Shown in pieces: positions 27,977 through 32,000 of a stretch of DNA of 32,000 nt. This DNA is from Clostridiales bacterium. Lineage in GTDB: Bacteria > Bacillota > Clostridia > Oscillospirales > Acutalibacteraceae. Position 1 is the stretch's first letter. Every line of letters begins with the position of its first letter. The translations under genes and the position numbers were made by a program. Location of the stretch: assembly GCA_021200555.1 (NCBI GenBank), contig JAJQGK010000026.1:19945-51944 (forward strand). Direction: 5' to 3'. The notes beneath the pieces were generated by a model. It searched no databases. It had not been told where the DNA came from and worked only from the letters and a program-made list of their open reading frames with translations.

Positions 27977-30900
27977 TTAGTCCTCCTTTTTCTTCTTCCT
28001 GCTCTTAAAGCCAACAACACCGAGAACACCTGCACCGATAAGGGATATTGCCGCAAGGCTTACCCACAAGGCAGGATTGAAGTCATCGCCTGTTTTCGGT
28101 GTGTCACGAAGCTCATTGTGCATCTGGACAATGGTGGTTGCTCCGACCTTGACCGTTGCCTGCTTGTCGGCAGGGAGAATATAGCCTGCGGAAGCATTAT
28201 CGCTGACCTCGGAAACGGTGTATTCGCCAATACGCAAGCCCTCAATGAAGATTTCACCGTTTTTGTCGGTCTTAAAGGTCTGGTCATAGTCCGTGCCTGT
28301 TACCCTGAAAGAGAAGCCCTCCAGTTTTCCGTTAGAGGAAGTCTTGACGATTTTCAGGGAGCCTTTCTGTGCGGTGTTGATAAAGCCAACGCCTGCCTTG
28401 TTCTCTACGGCATAGGTCTTTCCGTTTTCCTCAATGGATACGCCATACACGCCCTCGTCAAGCACAAAGCCCTCTGGGGCTGTCTTTTCACGGACAAGGT
28501 ATTTGCCGTATCTGAGGTCGCCCATCTGATAAACGCCTTTTTCCACTTCGCCCATTTCTCCGAGCAGCTCGTCGTCCTTGTCGAGCTTTCCGTCGCCGTT
28601 TTTATCGGTGTAAACCTCAAAGACCGCACCTGTCAGCTTGTTTTCAGGATAATCCTCGTCCACCTTTGTCAGTTCGATTTTGCCTGTGATATAGAAGTTT
28701 ACAAGCTCGATTTCTACAACCTCATCGACTTTGCCTATAGTGACAGGGATTTCTTCCTCGGAGAGTACAAAACCTTTCGGGCTTTCGATTTCACGAATGA
28801 CCCAAGTTCCGTAAGGCACTTTGGCAAAAGAAAAACTACCGTCATCTGCTGTGACAGTAGTCTGAATTGCTGTTTCCTTTGTAAACTCGGTTGTTTCCGT
28901 CTTAAAGATGCCGATAACCGCACCGCTAAGAGCCTTTCCGTCCTCATCGGATTTCAGACCGCTGACAGAGCCGTAAATCAGCTTGTTTTCAATGGCGTTG
29001 CCCTCGTTTGCCGTGATGTGGACGGTGGCGGTGTCCTGACCTGCGTACTCAAAGTTTACGGGATATTTGGTATCGCTCGTCAGATAAGCCGCATTGGTCT
29101 TGATTTCCTGCACATAGTAGCTGCCAATCGGCAGGTCGCTGATTGCCTTGCCGTGACCATTCTCATCAAGGAAGATGACCTCAATCAGACCGTCAGCAGG
29201 GATAGTCTTTCCGTCTGCGGCAGTCAGTTCCTCGGCGGCATACAAGCCAAAGGTTACATCGGCAAGCTCGCCGTTTTCGCCCACGCCGTAGTCCTTGTCT
29301 GTTTCAAGGGTTTTCACAAGGTCAATTTCCACACGCTGACGCTCGTTCACAAAACCTGTGGCAGTTTCCGTTACGGCGATTTCCTGACCTGCATATACAA
29401 GCTCGACAGCGTGGATTTCCTCATTCAGCACCATACCGAATGGAGCAGCAACCTCTTTGACCTCGTACTTTCCGAGATACAGCTCTTTGGATTTTGCCGT
29501 ACCGTCTTTGCCTGTGGTAACGGTGTCCACAACCTCGCCCTTAGAAGCTCTGAGCGTTCCGTCCAGAGTATAAATATCCTCGGCTGCGGTAATCTCATAG
29601 ACCGCACCCTCCAGATTGCCGACAGAGAAAATAGGCTGATACAAGCCCTTGTCGCCTGCAACGGTGCTGAACACCTCGCCAGATTTGGTTACGGTAACTG
29701 TGCCTTTCTGTGCCAGATTGGAGCGTACCACTTCGATAACGGTAATGCCACTTTCTTCCTCGGAGTTCTCCTGCATTACATCAAAATAGACAGGCTCGGA
29801 GTTCAGCACATAGCCGTAAGGAGCTTGCACCTCAACCAGAGAATAGCCCTTGCCGTATTCCAAAGTCTGCGGTGTGATGAGGTTGCCGTCTGCGGTGGTG
29901 TAAAAGGTATCAATGGTCGTCACTTCTGGATAAGTGAAAGTCATAGATACAAGGCTGCCGCTTGGGTCATAAATCTGGAAGCCTGCCCCTGCATACGGGA
30001 TTGTCTTGCCCGTTTCTGCATCTTTTTTGACAATCTTGATATAGCTCTCAAAGTTTGCGTTGTTGATAAGGTAGCGGTAGGTCTGACCGTCCTGATTGAT
30101 AAATATATCAAAAGGCTTCATCAGCTCACGACCCTCCCAACCAGAGGTCTGCTTCACGGTATAAATGCCGTATGGCATATCCTTTGTCTGGGCAAAGCCG
30201 TTCTCATCGCAGGTGAGTATATCTCGCTCGGTTTCCTTTGCCGCTTCATAGCTGCCTGCGGCTTTCAGGTAAACCTCAAAAACAGCTCCTTCTTCGGGTG
30301 TTTCAATCTGTGTTTCTCCGTTGTCGGTGTGTTTGATAATGGAGATGTTACCCTTAATAACCTGTTCATTCACGGCGTTTTCCGTGCTGTTCAGCTCCAC
30401 GGTATAAGCTAAAGGCTCTGCACCGACCTTATGAATAGTGGTGTCAAGCAGATAGCCCTCGGACGGGCTGATTTCTCGGACAGTCCAGTCATTGGCACAA
30501 ATATAATACTTGGTCGTAAACTGACCGTTTGCATCGGTGGTATAAGTGTCAATGAGTTCTTCGCCCTTGTAAATGCCGTACACCGCACCTGCAAGGGAAG
30601 CGTCGCCCTGCGGCTTGCCTGTTTCCGCATCGGTCTTTGTGACCGTTACATTGAATTTCTTTAAGATGTTGTGGAAGCTGCGGTTTGTGACCTTGTTCCA
30701 TTCAATCGGGGCGGTCTGGGAAGCAGGAACGACATAGCGGATTGCGGTATCCACTTCCTCTAAGGTGTAAGGGGTGTTTCCGCTGATAAGGACATTTTCA
30801 AACTTTGCAACGCCCTTTTCGTTGGTTACGGCATATTCGTCTACGGGATGACCGCTAAGGGAAGTGCCGTAAAGGTGGAATTTCACTCCCTCCACCAAGT

Positions 30901-32000
30901 TGTCCTCGGAAGTCTTAACCACTTCAAGGCTTCCACGCTTTAAGACATTGCTGAAAGTGACGGTTGTGGTCTTGCCGCCGATAAGGGTAATGGTCTGGGT
31001 CTGCTGCGGCTCATATTTATCAATCGCCTGTTCCGTAATGGTGTAGGTGTCAGGTACTAAGCCTGCCACGGTAATATTGCCGTTTTTATCTGTTGTGACC
31101 GTCTTACTGAAGCTATTACCCTTTATTGTAAACTGGATGCCCTCTACAACGCCGTCCTCGGAAGCCTTTTTCAGTGCAATCGTTCCTGTAGGAGTTTCCA
31201 CGTTAAGGTAGGCGGCTACCGTATCGGCATTTTCAACGCCTGTTACCAAGTCCTGAAGGTTCGGGTCGCCGTAGGCAATCAATTTTGCGCTGCTGCTGAC
31301 CGTCGGCACGTTGTTCCTCGTTGCGGTAATGCGTACCGTACCGTCAAAGGCTTTGGCAGAACTTACGGTCAACTTGTTCCCAGATTTTGATACGGTTACG
31401 CTGCTGTCAGAGCTTGTAAAGGAATAATCCGACAGGACACCGTTGCTGTCCGTAAAAGTCAGCGTGTATTTGCCGTCCTGATAGGAAAGCTTTTTCGTGA
31501 CGCCATTCTTGCTTCCCGACATAAAGCTTGGAATGGTGTTATGCTCCGTCAGCAGGGAGACGATCTGGTCATACGCTGCCTTTGCCCCACTGTTGGGGTA
31601 GTTTGACCCGAAATGCAGGCTGTAAACTTTGTTGCTGGTCTTGCTATATGAGCCTGTGGCTTCACGGCAGCCTGTGACAAACTCCCATACAAGGGTCTGT
31701 GTCGCAAGCCATTTCTCATCATCGCTGCCTGTCAGATTTCCTTTGTTGCCCTGATACCCGTAGAGCAAGGCAAGCCCGACTGCCTTTTTCTGATTGGCAG
31801 AAAGGGCGTTCCAAGTGTCCGAAGATGCTTTCGTCAGGGTGTTGCCTGTTTTCAGCGGTACGCCCGGCTGAATGCAGAAGGCGTTTTCCCCATCCACAAA
31901 CATACGGTACTTATAGTTGCCTGTGCCGCCTGCGGTATGACCGTCAAAGGTGGCACTTGAATTGTATCTCATCGCATTGCCGCTGCTGTCGTAGGTGTGG
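27977..32000 (-). CDS. Cell-wall-anchored adhesin: thioester (TED/TQxA)-like domain, about nine or more Cna-B/SpaA-type repeats, and a TPKTG sorting signal; N-terminus beyond the window
   Basis: The frame stays open from 31972 to the window edge (...HTYDSSGNA-MRYNSS). AFCIQPG (Cys codon 31874-31876) and ATQTLVW (Gln codon 31697-31699). Repeated G-x-Y-x-(V/I)-x-E and DENG/DANG/DKNG motifs. C-terminus: TPKTG (28088-28102), a hydrophobic helix, then KSRKKKKED. Confidence 0.88.
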   Translation of the reverse strand, partial: HTYDSSGNAMRYNSSATFDGHTAGGTGNYKYRMFVDGENAFCIQPGVPLKTGNTLTKASSDTWNALSANQKKAVGLALLYGYQGNKGNLTGSDDEKWLATQTLVWEFVTGCREATGSYSKTSNKVYSLHFGSNYPNSGAKAAYDQIVSLLTEHNTIPSFMSGSKNGVTKKLSYQDGKYTLTFTDSNGVLSDYSFTSSDSSVTVSKSGNKLTVSSAKAFDGTVRITATRNNVPTVSSSAKLIAYGDPNLQDLVTGVENADTVAAYLNVETPTGTIALKKASEDGVVEGIQFTIKGNSFSKTVTTDKNGNITVAGLVPDTYTITEQAIDKYEPQQTQTITLIGGKTTTVTFSNVLKRGSLEVVKTSEDNLVEGVKFHLYGTSLSGHPVDEYAVTNEKGVAKFENVLISGNTPYTLEEVDTAIRYVVPASQTAPIEWNKVTNRSFHNILKKFNVTVTKTDAETGKPQGDASLAGAVYGIYKGEELIDTYTTDANGQFTTKYYICANDWTVREISPSEGYLLDTTIHKVGAEPLAYTVELNSTENAVNEQVIKGNISIIKHTDNGETQIETPEEGAVFEVYLKAAGSYEAAKETERDILTCDENGFAQTKDMPYGIYTVKQTSGWEGRELMKPFDIFINQDGQTYRYLINNANFESYIKIVKKDAETGKTIPYAGAGFQIYDPSGSLVSMTFTYPEVTTIDTFYTTADGNLITPQTLEYGKGYSLVEVQAPYGYVLNSEPVYFDVMQENSEEESGITVIEVVRSNLAQKGTVTVTKSGEVFSTVAGDKGLYQPIFSVGNLEGAVYEITAAEDIYTLDGTLRASKGEVVDTVTTGKDGTAKSKELYLGKYEVKEVAAPFGMVLNEEIHAVELVYAGQEIAVTETATGFVNERQRVEIDLVKTLETDKDYGVGENGELADVTFGLYAAEELTAADGKTIPADGLIEVIFLDENGHGKAISDLPIGSYYVQEIKTNAAYLTSDTKYPVNFEYAGQDTATVHITANEGNAIENKLIYGSVSGLKSDEDGKALSGAVIGIFKTETTEFTKETAIQTTVTADDGSFSFAKVPYGTWVIREIESPKGFVLSEEEIPVTIGKVDEVVEIELVNFYITGKIELTKVDEDYPENKLTGAVFEVYTDKNGDGKLDKDDELLGEMGEVEKGVYQMGDLRYGKYLVREKTAPEGFVLDEGVYGVSIEENGKTYAVENKAGVGFINTAQKGSLKIVKTSSNGKLEGFSFRVTGTDYDQTFKTDKNGEIFIEGLRIGEYTVSEVSDNASAGYILPADKQATVKVGATTIVQMHNELRDTPKTGDDFNPALWVSLAAISLIGAGVLGVVGFKSRKKKKED

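Larger units (their letters stand above)
1..32000. mobile_element. Internal part of a Tn1549/CTn-like integrative conjugative element (transfer module plus cargo); ends not in window
   Basis: Co-linear minus-strand set of MobC, relaxase, PcfB, VirD4-like, Maff2, VirB6/TrbL-like, PrgI, VirB4-like, sortase, CHAP hydrolase, LPXTG-type adhesin and a giant methylase/helicase. This gene content and order is typical of Clostridia ICEs. No integrase or att site is visible. Confidence 0.8.

Noticed and set aside
28118-30412. 764-aa ORF on the plus strand, antisense to the adhesin gene
   Set aside because: Its translation is a low-information, Leu/Val/Phe/Cys-rich string with no motifs. It exactly shadows a well-supported minus-strand gene with recognisable Cna-B repeats. 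Long antisense open frames are expected where the sense strand avoids TTA/CTA/TCA codons. No SD or promoter was seen.

Overview
About 29 kb of this window (3280-32000) is one minus-strand, tightly packed conjugative-transfer region of a Gram-positive (Clostridia-type) integrative conjugative element. It resembles the Tn1549 / C. difficile CTn2-CTn4-CTn5 family. In order of transcription it encodes:
- a partial cell-wall-anchored Cna-B/thioester-type adhesin, followed by several small ORFs;
- a 2725-aa polyvalent protein (ArdC-like N-domain, N6-adenine methyltransferase, SNF2 helicase);
- a Toprim primase-like protein and an acidic Cys-rich protein;
- a candidate oriT, then MobC, relaxase, PcfB and an ArdC-like ssDNA-binding protein;
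- the VirD4 coupling ATPase, Maff2, a VirB6/TrbL-like protein, PrgI and the VirB4 ATPase;
- a class B sortase and a lysozyme/CHAP cell-wall hydrolase.

The left 3.3 kb is visibly more AT-rich cargo. It holds an XRE-type HTH regulator, an OmpR-type response regulator with its histidine kinase, and a divergent partial ABC-transporter ATPase. A perfect 10-bp direct repeat sits in the shared promoter region.

The most unusual observation is a complete TnpV-family ORF with its own Shine-Dalgarno at 24804-25157. It is nested out of frame on the same strand inside the giant polyvalent gene, exactly where the giant protein becomes a low-complexity linker written in atypical codons.

Other points worth a second look:
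- a thioester-type adhesin with a non-canonical TPKTG sorting signal and an element-encoded sortase B;
- a self-contained promoter-gene-double-terminator unit inside the operon;
- a perfect 38-bp tandem duplication;
- inverted repeats that look like an oriT;
- a possible anti-defence gene set next to the candidate oriT.

I saw no rRNA, tRNA or CRISPR. There is no integrase or excisionase in the window, so the element ends cannot be defined. All homology calls come from motif and family recognition by eye, not from database searches.
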